Below, piece after piece: positions 42,986 through 62,092 of a stretch of DNA of 64,000 nucleotides (position 1 is the first letter of the stretch; each line of letters begins with the position of its first letter). A program made the position numbers and the translations under genes. The notes below the pieces were generated by a model. It did not search any database. It was not told the origin of the DNA and was given only the letters and a program-made list of their open reading frames with translations. This stretch comes from the human T2T-CHM13v2.0 reference genome, Homo sapiens: NCBI RefSeq assembly GCF_009914755.1, contig NC_060925.1; one strand, given 5' to 3'.

Positions 42986-44599
42986 TGTTTATATGACCTT
43001 GTTGGCTCTCTGACCTGGGGCAAGTTGTTTAAGCTCTCAAAGCCTCAGTCTCTTCGTCTGTAAAATGGGGATGATCACAGTACCCACCTCACAGGCATCA
43101 TTGGAGGCTGATGTGTGAAAATCTGGAGAGCACTTAGCAATGTGACCCATGCATTTCAGTGCAAATAAACTTTGCTTTCTCACATCCCCTCGTCCAAAGC
43201 CCTCATCCTCCATCATCTGACTTGAACCTGTTGATCCTGCCTATGCAATGACTTCATTATTTCTGCGTTGCCCTTAGCCATGGGGATGTTGAGGCCAAAG
43301 CTCATTAAGCTCCTGTCCATCAGAGGTCAGCAGGGAGAGGTCCATGGAGCCCAGGGAGAGAGAGTGGCCAGGCCCCGCTCCCAGTGAGGGCCTTGCAAGT
43401 GGCCTTGGCATCCATCAATGTCTCGGCTCCATCTCCTGGCTGCCTGGGATATATTATGTGTCCCAATCAGGGGCAAGCAGAGAGGTCGTAAAAGTAATCA
43501 TTGCCTTCACTGGCTCCTACTGCCAGATTTATTGTGGCATAAAGAAACAACTTAGCTCCTGGCAGTAACAGGCAGCCGGCCCATCCATGCTTGTAGAAAT
43601 CCTATTTGCTGGGGCCTGGATGGGTGGAGGTTTCTACCCATACCTGATTGGCCAGAGGCCCTGGGCAGAACTCAGCTGGACCATTCATCTTCCTGTGCTC
43701 CAGGCCACCTTGTCTGAGAGGCTGCCACCTCTGACACATTTCGCAGCATTTGGGAGGCAGTGGTTAGGCCACAAATTACGTATCTGCCATTGCACTGAGG
43801 GGATTCTTGGGCTATTGACCCCAGGGAGGCCACAGAGCAGAGCAGTTAAAGGCCCAGGTGTTGGAGTCAGCCTAAACATGGGTTCAAGCCCCTGCTCTGC
43901 CATATATTGGCCAGGTGACCTTGGCTGAGTAAACTCACTTCCCTGAGCCTCCATGTCTTGTCTCCAAAATGGAGGGGTAGGAATCCCCGCTTTAAAGAGC
44001 TGCTGTATGGAGTAAGAAAGAGCCAAAGGGTGTAGGACACATAACACAGGAATAGGCACTAAACGAAAAGTGACTGTCACCATTTTCATTATCCAGGGGC
44101 TTCAGTATTATGGCGTGAGATGCCCTTTATTGAGGGCCAGTTATGTCACCAGGGACTATGCTGGCTCTTTTAAAATATTTTGTCCCTAGACCTCACAACC
44201 AATCCTGCAGATAGGTTCAGTTATGTTTATTGTGGGGTGGTTAGGGGACTGCAAGGTCGCTTGGCTGGTGGGGGGGGAGCTGGGGGCGGGACCTTGGCCT
44301 GTGGGTTCTGGAGCTGGTGCTCCTCCTAATACACAGCCCACCTCCCCAGCTCCTCCGATAGGCCACGCAAGTCCCCTGGTCTGTCGGGCACGTAGGTCCA
44401 GCCTCCCTCCGTTCCTCTCTCCCTCTTGCCGATATTGCCCGACCGCATCACCCAGCCCTTCACTGGGTGATGGACACATAAGGACAAAACAGATGAGCTT
44501 CCCGCCCTCAAGGAGCTCAACATCCAAGAGGGTGAAGAGCAAAGCTGCTGGCCACTGTGCAGAGCGTGTGGCTGGCTCTTGTCTTGACATTGCCACCCT

Positions 44600-45600
44600 T
44601 TCTGCCATATTCTGTAACACTTCCCCAAGAAAATGCTTCCAAGGAGCTGTCTGCTATCCCTGGCTCCAATTCCCCTCCCCTCGAGCTCTCACTCCTACCA
44701 CTCCACCAATGGCTGTATGCCACATATGACCCCCGTATCACTTATGACCTCTGCATCATCTATGACCCCCATATCACTTATGACCTCTGGATCACCTATA
44801 ACCTCCACATCATCTGTGACCTCTGCATCACTTATGACCTCCACATCATCTATGGCCTCCAAGTCACCTATGACCTACACATCACCTGTGACCTCCACAT
44901 CACCTATGACCTCTACATCACCTATGACCTACACATCATCTATGGCCTCCACATCATCTATGGCCTCCACATCACCTATGATCTTCATGTCACCTATGAC
45001 CTCCACGTTGCTGAATGCAGTATCAACCCTAAGTCCTCAGCAGACTTGGCATGTTCATTCCCTTGACACAGCTGGCCATTTCCCGTCCCTGAACTATGTC
45101 CTTCATTGGCTTCTGGGAAACCTCCCTGGCTGTCTCAGTCTCTAACCTCTTAATGTTGAGGATTGGACTTTATTCATCTACTGTCTACACTTGTGCCCTT
45201 GGGGATGCCATCCAGTCTTGTGGTTTCGAAAACCGTCTATACACTGACAACTCTCAAATTTACATCTCCTCCGACTCTGGGTGCCTGGATTCCTATTCCT
45301 CTCTCTAGCTGGATGTCTATCAAACATCAGAGATCCACCATGGCCCAAAGTGAACTCCACATCTTCCTCCCCAGGAGTGTCCCCAGCTCAGCTAAAGCCA
45401 ACTCTTTCTCTTGGCTGCCCAGACCACACTTTGAGGCCACCTTTACTTCTCTCCTTCTTTCACCCCCCATGTCAAATCCTGGAGCAGACTATGCTAACTC
45501 TGTCTTCAAAATACACCCAGAATCTGACTGCCTCTCCGCACTGCCATTGCATACAGCTCAGTCCAGGCACCGTCATCTCTCCCTGGGTGACTGCAGTGCC
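44600..45600 (+). mobile_element. L2 internal (RT-region) fragment hosting a minisatellite
   Basis: cctaccactccacc..[array]..gtcacctatgacctccacgttgctgaa..ttgacacagctggcca, then tatacactgacaactctcaaatttacatctcc (YADD-like YTDNSQIYIS). Confidence 0.75.
44725..45006. repeat. 18-bp minisatellite, 15 full units plus a partial unit (TATGACCTCCACATCACC)
   Basis: Strict 18-bp period with no indels from 44725 to 44995. Confidence 0.95.
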
Positions 45601-46099
45601 CATTAGGGCACACATCTCATCCTTGCATCCCATTGGCCAGGCAGGGGCACATGACTACTCCAGCCATCCAGTGGGGAAGGAGAAGTGTTCTCCCTGTTCT
45701 GCATGGTTATGGCCTCAGTGACACCCATGCCTGCTGTTTCTATGGAAAAAGAGGACAAATGGGGGCAACTGGTGCCTCTGACACAGGGTCCTCTTGGGGA
45801 GGGAGATTACAGGGTCAAAATGAGGCATTTAAGCTCAAATCAGAAGAATAAGAAGTAAAGACGCATCCAAAGGGCATGGAAACAGCCTTCTGGGCAGAGG
45901 GATGAACAAAGCACAATGCCCCTGAGGTGAGAACAAGCTGGGCATGTGTGAGGAATGGGGCAAGGGCCACTGTGGCTGGGGGTTGAGTGGGTGCACAGGA
46001 TAGGGAGGAGGTGAGATGGCAAATTCAATCAAGGCCTCAGGGCCATGGTATGGATTTGGGATCACGCTAAAAAAATAGTGGCAAGGCACAGGAGGTTTT

Positions 46100-52229
<6,130 letters not shown>

Positions 52230-52911
52230 GGCACAGGAGGTTTTAAGGAGAGAAATGGGATCCAATTTCCAGGTTCAGAGCCAGAGAGTAGGCAGACAGG
52301 GGCCAGTTAGGTGGCCACTGTAGGGAGAACTGGAGATGACTGGGAATAGGAGGTGGCAGTGGGGATGGGAGATGCATGTGACTCAGGAGCTGTGGTGCAG
52401 GGAGAATCCACCAGACCTCCTGAAGAGTGAAATGAGAGGGGAGAGGCGGTTTCAGGAGGCCTCAGGTCTGGGTAGTCACGGTGCCCTTTGCTGAGATGGG
52501 GAAGACCAATATCAGAAAGCAGACCCCCCAAGAAGGCCCCTTATACTAGAGTGGTGCAGAATTGGGGAATTCTAGCTGAGAAAAGGACCGGAGCAGTTCC
52601 TCCAGGCACCCCAGCAACATGGGCCAAGCTCACCCCTGAGAGATGTCCATGGTGCCAGGCCCTGGCTCCAGCCTTCTGGAGAAGCCCAGGCCCTAGGGAC
52701 TGATGGAATGGTTTGCTCTGGAGTAAAAGTGACAAATCTGCACACCCAGCTGGGAGAAGGAGGCCTCAGGGTAGGAGAATCTGGCTCTTCTGTTTGGTTC
52801 TTGGAAAGGCAGCTAGGCTTGTCCAGAGCCGCCTCACTCCACACAGGTGAGGACTTTCCCATTCAAGTTCAGCCTGGGGTCGGACAGACCTGGGTTGAAG
52901 TCCTCGGCCTC

Positions 52912-53430
52912 TGTGGCAGATTATACCCTCCAAACACTGACCCGACAGTAACTTCCATGTGCATGCTCTTCTTGCAATGTGACTTTGACACCCCTACCAT
53001 GCAGCAGTTGAGTCTATGCAACCTCCCCTTGAATCTAGGCAGGCTCATAACCACAGTGGCAATGATGCTATATGACTTCTGAGGCTACATCATAAAAGAC
53101 AATATACCTTTCACCTTGCTCTCCTGGGGTGTTGCTGCTTAGCATTCACCTCCATGCTATGAGGAAGCCCAAGCAGCCCACATAAAGGCCCAGGTGAAGA
53201 GGAAGCAAAGCCCATCCAAAGCCCACAGAACTCACAGCTAACAGCAGCACCAACTTGTTAGCCATGTGAGTGAGCTACCTAGAAAATGATCTGCCATCCC
53301 CAGGGAAGTCCACCCTGCTGATGCTGCAGGGAACATAGTTGAGCCATGCCTGCCAGGCCCTGACAAATTGCAGGGTGTTGTTTTGTAAGCTATACATTTT
53401 GGGATGACTTCTTACACAGTCATAGGCAAA
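52912..53430 (+). mobile_element. MLT1 (G/H-like) LTR
   Basis: Starts tgtggcagatt and contains cttgcaatgtgactttgac, ccatgctatgaggaagcccaagcagcc and gccatgtgagtgagc. Confidence 0.75.
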
Positions 53431-54010
53431 AAAGGAAGCCCTTGACTGGCTGTGGGGCCTCAGACAAGTAACAGCCTTGCTGACCTTCTGTTTTCCCACT
53501 GCTACGAGGCAGGAAGCAGCAGTGGTCCTGGGGTGCCTGGAGAACTGGGGAGGGAGGTGTGGAAGGCCCTCTGCGGGGCCTGCATGTGGTGCATGCTCAG
53601 AAAATACTGGTGGGTGGGAGGCTTTCATGACACTCTTCTGTGTGTGTCTTATCCTCCAACTGCCCCTGCTTTGTCCAAGCACCTCCAGGGCAGGGACTAT
53701 ATCCACTCACCTCCTTGTCCTCAGAGACCAGGACAAGCTGGGCAGGGAGCTGGGATTAGCAAATGTTTACTGAGTGGATGCATGAAGAAGAGGTTAAGGT
53801 GTGTGTCGGGGGACCAGAGATGGCCTCTGAGGCCAGGGGATGGCCCCAGTCCCATCCCTCACACCCAGAGGCAGATAGGGGTCACCCATCAGCCAGCTAA
53901 TATGATTTGTTCCCTTATAGATGGAAGAAAATCTTGAAGCTCCTCACATGGGAGAGGAGGGAGTCACCACCATTTCATCCTCAGCCCAACCCCTGCCTCC
54001 GAACACAGTT

Positions 54011-54602
54011 CATTTACCTGGGTAACAAGGCAGTGCTCATTTACCTGGGACATAGGGCAGTGCTGACTTACCTGAGACATAGGCCAGTGCTCATTTACCT
54101 GGAACACAGCAGTGCTGATTTACCTGGGCCACAGGGCAGTGCTGATTTACCTGGGATACAGGGCACTGACAATTCACCTGGACCACAGGGCAGTGCTCAT
54201 TTACCTGGAACACAGCAGTGCTGATTTACCTGGGCCACAGGGCAGTGCTGATTTACCTGGGATACAGGGCACTGATGATTCACCTGGACCACAGGGCAGT
54301 GCTCATTTACCTGGGACACAGGCCAGTGCTTATTTACCTGGGTCATGGGGCAGTGCTCATTTACCTGGGACACAGGTCTGTATTGATTTACCTGGGCCAC
54401 AGGGACATGCTGACTTACCTGGGGCACAGGGCACTGCTGATTTCCCTGGGACACAGGTTTGTGTGTGTGTGTGTGTGTGTGTTTTTAACCTGAGACATAG
54501 GGCAGTGCTGATTTACCTGAGCCACAGGGCACTGCTCTTTTACTTGGGCCACATGGCAGTGCCAATTAACCTGGATCACAGGTCAGTGCTGATTTACCTG
54601 GG
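54011..54602. repeat. 27-bp minisatellite (~21 units, SATTTACCTGGGACACAGGGCAGTGCT) with a 106-bp higher-order duplication and an embedded (GT)n
   Basis: Direct reading. 54092-54197 and 54198-54303 differ at 2 positions. (GT)n at ~54460-54482. Confidence 0.93.
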
Positions 54603-56629
54603 TTGCTGTTCGGTGTAGATCTGGCCCCCATGGGGTCTCCCTGCCCATGCGCTCCACAGGAGCCCCTGGGCTGTGCCAGTCTCACACCTTCTAGTGCCCT
54701 CTGTGTCTTCTTGGGGAGAGGACCTTGTTTTTCAAAATGCCCTTGGACACTCCAGCCCCACAAAAGCAGCTCATTTCCTCACTCACCATGTCCTCACATG
54801 TGAGTCTGTGCACATTCTCCCCTCTCTCTGTGTCTGTTTCTCCCTTCCCCCGATCCAATATGTCAGACCAATCTGTCCCCTCACAGAGGGACCATCAAGC
54901 AATATTTCAACACATATAACAAGATTGCCTGGCCCTCTGGTCTCTGCTCCCAGCAAGGGTGATCATAAAAGCTGCATGTAATCGGCCTTGGTCTGGTTCA
55001 ATGCTTGTCCAAAAGCTCTGCTTTCTACTATGCCAGTACCAGCTCCCTTCACAGCGGGCACGTTGTTTTGTCTTTGCAGGACTGGGCTGCGGGAGGGGGA
55101 AGGGGGTAGGCACACAGGCAGTGGATGGATGCACAGGACTGCTGGAGCTTGGCGGTGTGTCTTGGCCTTGCCACTCATAGCTGGGGACCTGGGTGTGGAA
55201 CTGACATGGCAGAGTCTCCGTTTCCCCATTGGCAAAGTGGGACAGTGACAGTGTCCAGCTCATTTAGGGGATTCTGAGAAAGGGCACGAGGATCATCAGC
55301 ACCATGGTCAAGAAATGATGGCTCTGGAAACGGAAAAATGACACCTTCTCTTCTGGTCCTCACGGCAGCCTGGGAGGCGGGTGTCCTTAGCTCCAGTTTG
55401 GCATATGGGAAACCTGATTGTCAGCAAGATAAACTGTGGAACCCAGAGCACGATTTGTAGTGAGACGAGGTGCCGGGACTTTAGCGGGGGTGTGCAGCCC
55501 AAAGCCTAGCTGAATGGCCTGGTGCATCCCTGGGGGGCACCTGGCTTCTTGGGTCAGCTGCTGGGAGCTCCCGGCTGCAGTGACATGAGCTCAACTGCTC
55601 ACTCAGAGAAAGCTGAAACCGTGGCAGAGAGTGGCTCCCTCCCAGGTCATCAATGGCACCTCAAGGGCTGTCAGGGGCCTGGCTCCTGGTCCTGGAGCTG
55701 CTCCCACCTCCCCAAACACCTTGTGGGAGGGCTGCCCAATCCTGGCACCTCCATGTACCTAGATGAACTGACCTTCTGGATTCTGCATGGTGGGTTCACC
55801 TCCAAAGCTGCACTTTCCAGGTCTGGGAATCCCTGAGTTTATCTGTCCTGGATCTGTTCTGGGTTTCAGGGGGTGGCTGCATCTCTGCTCTGCCATCTGC
55901 TTCTGGATAGGCCCTGACCCTCGGGCCTGGACCCTCAAATCTGACTATCCCGTGGCTTCTTGACCACACCACCACTTGCTGGATGTTTCTCTGTGACAGC
56001 TCGTTCCACAGCAAGCCTGGAGCCTGGATCAATGAGCTTGTGAGTGGTCACCTCTGGACAGTAAAGACTTTGTGGGTAATCTAGGTTGGGTCCCTCATCA
56101 CACCCTTCTCATGGTGCCCAGCCCAGCACAGGCATCCCATGTCCATAAGACTTTGTGAAATAAGTAGAATATTTACAGGGATCAGAAGTAATTTTGTTAG
56201 CAATGTGGGAGAGAAGGGAAGAGAGAGAAGACAGATCTGGTTTCTGTGCTCAGCTCTGCCTCTGGTTCAAAACATAGCTTTTGGCAAGTTCCTTCCCTTC
56301 CCTGGCCTCAGTTTCCCCATATGGGCCATGATAGGATTGGAGAGTATGGTCAGTGATGTTGATGGGTCCAAGAGTCTCCTGAGATCTGACTCAATTCATA
56401 CAGACAGGGGCAGGTATCATGTGACCGTTAAACTATGAACTCTTGGCTCATTTAGCCCTTGTTCCCGTCTCTGCCTATTTGCCCCCTTCAAGTCACTGGT
56501 TTCTCTGAGCCTCCATTTTCTTAGCTATAAGTTGAGTATGATGACAGTGGAGATTCAGTGAGCAAAGCAAGTAAATCTCCTCAAGTTGTGCCTAATAGAT
56601 AGGAAGCACCCAGTAGGTCGCTCTACCTA

Positions 56630-57670
<1,041 letters not shown>

Positions 57671-58554
57671 TTATCTGTTTAACCCCTTCATTTTAAAGCT
57701 GGGGATACAGCCTTGGAGAGGTACAGAGGTATGTCCAAGGTCACACATCCGAGTTGGGGCAGAGTCAGGGTCCTGCCCTAGCCCCGTCCTGGTCTCTGCC
57801 CCACTTGGGCTGCCAGGCCTCCTCTTGCTGCCACAGATTCTTCTCTTTCCTCCCAGTCCACTGCAGCAGGACCTGGTTCTTGGCTTCTCACCTGTCCCAG
57901 CAGACTTTAACTATGAATGTTCATCACTGGGTTTTAATTATCCTGCAAGTTCTGCAAGCACTTTCCAGGAGACATTTTTCTCTATTATTTTCCTCCAGAT
58001 GAATGAGTTTGGACTCATCTGTCTCTGATAACCAGGAATAGCCACCTCCTGACAGCACCAACACCTGCTTGCTTCTCAGGGGCTCCTGACCCATTGTTTC
58101 CAAAAACAAAGATCTCCCCTGGGTGCATCCCCCTGTACAGGATGGGGAAACCGAGGCCCAAAGCAGAGGGACCAGCTCGAGGTCACACAGCAGGTCAGCA
58201 GCTGAGGCAGAGCCTGAATGGTCTCTGGACTCCTCGCCCATGGTGTCACTACGGCACCACTGCATCTGCCCAGCCTCAAGGAGCCTGTGACACTATTTCC
58301 CAGTGAAGCCATGAGGTCAAGTTCACCCGTTTCTCACCCATTCTCCCCTTGAGGGTGGAGACATCTCAGCATTTCAGTATGGCTCCTCAGTGTCCTTTAT
58401 TCTCATTATTTAAAATAAATAAATAACTTTATTGTTTTAAAGTGGCTTATATGCTTGTTGTGAAAATTAAAATGACACCAAAATACAAAGACCCTAAAAT
58501 CCCAAACACAACAGAGTTAACACCCTTAACACTATTAGGAATATTCTATGGCGG

Positions 58555-59053
58555 GGGTTCCCTCCACCACTCCCTGCCTGCTCCATCTTCCTCGCCTCTG
58601 CCCTGACTGGGCCCCAGACCAGCCTGTGTGGACTATATCAGGGGGCTTCTTGCATTCTGGCTTTCACTAATGTGACCCAGGGGAGGCTCCAGTAGGAGAT
58701 CCAAGAGCGAGGGTTGGTGGAGGGGAGGGCCGGGGTCTTCCTTCCTTGCTCCTTCCTGCCTCAACTCCAGGTCTCAGGCAGCTGCTGTTCCCTAGCTGGG
58801 ACCACGGCTCCTAGGGTGGCCCCTCCCACATGGCTCCAGCTCTCACCTGGCTCCAGAAATGCTGTTCCCTCTCCACATCCCTCCAGCCAAAAGGGCTGGC
58901 AACAGCTTCCTGCTATTGCTGCTCTCTGGGTGCCTCACATCCCCTCATGGTCTTTTGGCCCTACTGTCACCTCCACAAGCAGTCCCTGCTTTAGCATCTC
59001 TGTCTGAATCACCCAGGGTGAATTTTATTTCCTACCAAGGTTCTGACTGATAC
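58555..59053 (+). mobile_element. LTR33-like ERVL LTR
   Basis: ccacatggctccagctctcacctggctcca..ggcaacagcttcctgctattgct..ctgggtgcctcacatccc, ending ctgactgatac. Confidence 0.65.
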
Positions 59054-60044
59054 CTCAGCCCTCTTTGCATAAATATTCATCGCTGCAGTTTACCCAAATG
59101 GGATTGCACTGAACCTCTTTCCAGGCTAATAAACAGCACCATTCACTCTCTGTTAGTGGCATTTAAGCATTTAAACATGGTGACCATGTAAAGTACTTAG
59201 AACAGAGCCTGGAGCATGGGGAGGACTTAATCAGTGTTAGCCACATGGGCCTTGCATGGAGCCAGAGGGCAGCATCAGCTTCTCTGCGGCCACGTGACTG
59301 ACTGTGGGGCAAGAGTGATTCCCCAGGAGAAACCAAGGTCCTGTTGCTACAAAAGGAATGGATGCTACAAGCTGAAAAAACGGTTCCATTAGAGGAGGGG
59401 GTAGCTCTGTTCTGAAGGGTGTACAGGAGTTCACTAGACAAGAGGGTGATCAAAAGAAGAAAATGAGCAAAAGAGCCTCAGCATGAATGAGCTCAGAGTA
59501 AACGGTTCAGTATCATCCTCAGGACAGGCCCATGAGGGAAGTGAAATTATTACCCACACATTACAGATGGACAAACGGAGGCTCAGGTGGAGCATCTAAT
59601 CTCAGGGTCACACAGTAAGTGGCCAGGCCAGGATTTGAAGCCCAATCTGAGTGACCCCCAAACCCGTGCTTGCTCTGTGTCCTGCCCCATTTTGCCTCTG
59701 TTTTTGTCACCAATGGGGCTGATGACTCCCTGGCCTGGTTGATTCCATGTGACGGACTCAGGCCTGTCTGCAACCTGACCATGTTTGTCCTCAGGGTGAT
59801 CTGGATTGGCGGGGTGCAATGCCAACATGCCCCACATGGTGACTAGTTAATTAATTGTCCTGCGGCGGACTAGCGGGCCGACCGACTGCAACCTGGGCCT
59901 GCAGGCTGCTCCCTGGGCATGGGGACCGTGTTTTTCTGTGCTCCCTTCCCCTACTCCAAGTCAGAATTTACCAATCCCACCATTCATTCGTTTGTTTTTT
60001 CACTGAATTATAGTTCAATTATAACCAGAATGATTAAACCCCAG

Positions 60045-60414
60045 TGATATGGTTTGGCTGTGTCTCCACCCAAATCTCATCTTGAATTGTAGCTCCCATA
60101 ATCCCCACGTGTCATGGAAGGGACCCGGTGGAAGGTAATTCAATCATAAAGACTGGTTTTTCCATGTTGTTCTCTTGATAGTGAATAAGTCTCATGAGAT
60201 CTGATAGTTTTATAAAGGGCAGTTCCCCTGCACAGACTATCTTGCCTGCCGCCACGTAAGACGTGACTCTGCTCCTCCTTCACCTTTTGCCATGATGTGA
60301 GGTCTTCCCAGCCATGCTGAACTGTGAGCCAATTAAGCACCCCCCCCTTTTTTTTTAATAAATTACCCAGTCTCAAGTATGTCTTTATTAGCAGTGTGAA
60401 AACAGACCAATATA
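60045..60414 (+). mobile_element. THE1B solo LTR with an intact DUX4-type motif (60136-60146)
   Basis: tgatatggtttggctgtg..ttataaagggcagttcccctgcac..gtatgtctttattagcag. Motif reads TAATTCAATCA. Confidence 0.9.
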
Positions 60415-61940
60415 CGAGGCTTCTACTGACATGATTAAGAAGACAGGAAGGGCCCCCGCTTTCCTGGGACTGCTCTCATTTGGGTTCACCATCACTTATT
60501 GACAGACCCCAAGGTCTCGAAATCTATGGCAGAGGATGAGGGAGTCAGGGAATGTGGAGCAACTTGGGAACTCAAGCAGGGTAGGATCTGGTGGGAATGA
60601 GGACTGGGCTTTTCCTGCTGGCAGGGCCAGGTAAAGTCCCTCTATCCCCCTAAGTCAGCCCTTCCACGCTCTGCTTCTGCCACTGCTCTGCATCCTCTGC
60701 CTGGACCACTTGGACCCCATTACAGGACATCATGGCTGCCTCCTCCCAAGCTGCCTGGCAGTGTCTGGCTCAGAGCTGGCAGTGAATATCTGGAAAAGAA
60801 AAAAAAAAAGAATAGACTCTCCAAGGCCTTCCCTTTGGGCTCTCTGCAGGCTGTGGGATCCCACAGTGAAACCTCCTGGACACTGAGGTTCAGAGACAGG
60901 TGTAGGGATCAGACCAGTTCCCAAGAAGCCTGGGCTACTTGGCTGCCAGCCTGGATGTCGCCTGGACCCTGGATGTTGCCTGGGCCCTGCCTGCAACATA
61001 GACTGCATGGACTGGGCTCCTGCTTCCTCATTCTTACACCCTGGCCCTGCCTACCTGGGCCCCAGCTGTAAGAGTGGGGTGCTGCTCTCTCCCCAGCTCT
61101 TCTGCCCTCACCTCCACTTCCCTTGGAGCTCTACTTCCCACTGCCAGGCCTCCCAATGCAGTCTGTGCAGGGGGCAGGGGTCCACGGTGAGGGAAGCAAT
61201 GACAGAGATGGGGTCTCTGTCACAGGCCAGCTCTTCACGACCAACCACCCTCTCTCCCCTTCCCCTGTTGGAACTATATTCTTTGCATTCCTCAGCACCA
61301 GCCTCTCAGGCTAGTCTCTTTCCTTGTTTCTCATCCACTTGCCCCTCTAGGCTGTAAGTGCAGAAGGCAGGGCAGGGGCTGGGGCAATTTTGTTCGCTTC
61401 ATTATCCACAGTGCTTTGACCAGAGCCTGGGACATCGTAGGCACACATTAAATGTCTGTGATGTAACCCATGAATGAATGCAAGGATCTCCCAGTCACCA
61501 GAGGGGCATGAGGGGGAGGAAGGGCAGCGCATACTGAGCTTTGGTCACAGGGTGGCCATGGTCAGGATGCAGGAGGTAGCAGGGAAGATGGGAACAGAGG
61601 AGGATATGGTGGAAGAGGACTCGGATACACACGGTCTCACTCACCCTCCTCTGTGCATCAGACACCTCCTGAGCAATCCCCGTGTCTCAGGCCCTGAGAC
61701 TGAGACCCTGCCCCTGCCCCAGAACCTCCTCCCAACTCCTGGAAGTGGGGTGATAAGCTCCACAGTAGGACATGCAGTGACTACCCCTGAGTCCCACGCA
61801 GTTTGCACATTTTATTTCATTGAATGATTTCATGGGGGAAGTGTTACTGTTTCTTTCTGACAGGTGGAGAAACGAAGGCTCATGCCTTCTGAAGCCAGAC
61901 TCCACGACTCCGCTCCAAACTTGGCTCCCATTTGGGTTCT

Positions 61941-62092
61941 TTTATTTATTTTACTTATTTTATTTATTTATTTATGGAGCTGGGGTTTTGCCATGTTGCC
62001 CAGGCTGGTCTCAAACTCCTGACCTCAAGTGATCCGCCTGCCTTGGCCTCCCAAAGTGCTAGGACTACAGGCGTGAGCAACCGCACCCAGCC
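61941..62092 (-). mobile_element. Alu left monomer (FLAM-like) with (TTTA)n tail
   Basis: Only the left arm is present. It has its own near-TSD ccatttg(g/a)gttct at 61928-40 and 62093-105. Confidence 0.85.

Noticed and set aside
44557-45145. HITYDL-repeat or mucin-like Thr/Ser ORFs
   Set aside because: The open frames follow from an 18-bp stop-poor unit inside an L2 relic, with no exon or promoter support.
54011-54602. CRISPR-like array, or a LIYLGHRAV-repeat protein
   Set aside because: Units are contiguous with no unique spacers, no cas genes are present, and the context is mammalian. The 25-bp units break the reading frame.
55295-55311. REST/RE1 site ATCAGCACCATGGTCAA
   Set aside because: The left half is perfect, but the right half departs from GGACAG at two key positions and lacks the 3' GC tail. 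Too weak without ChIP data.
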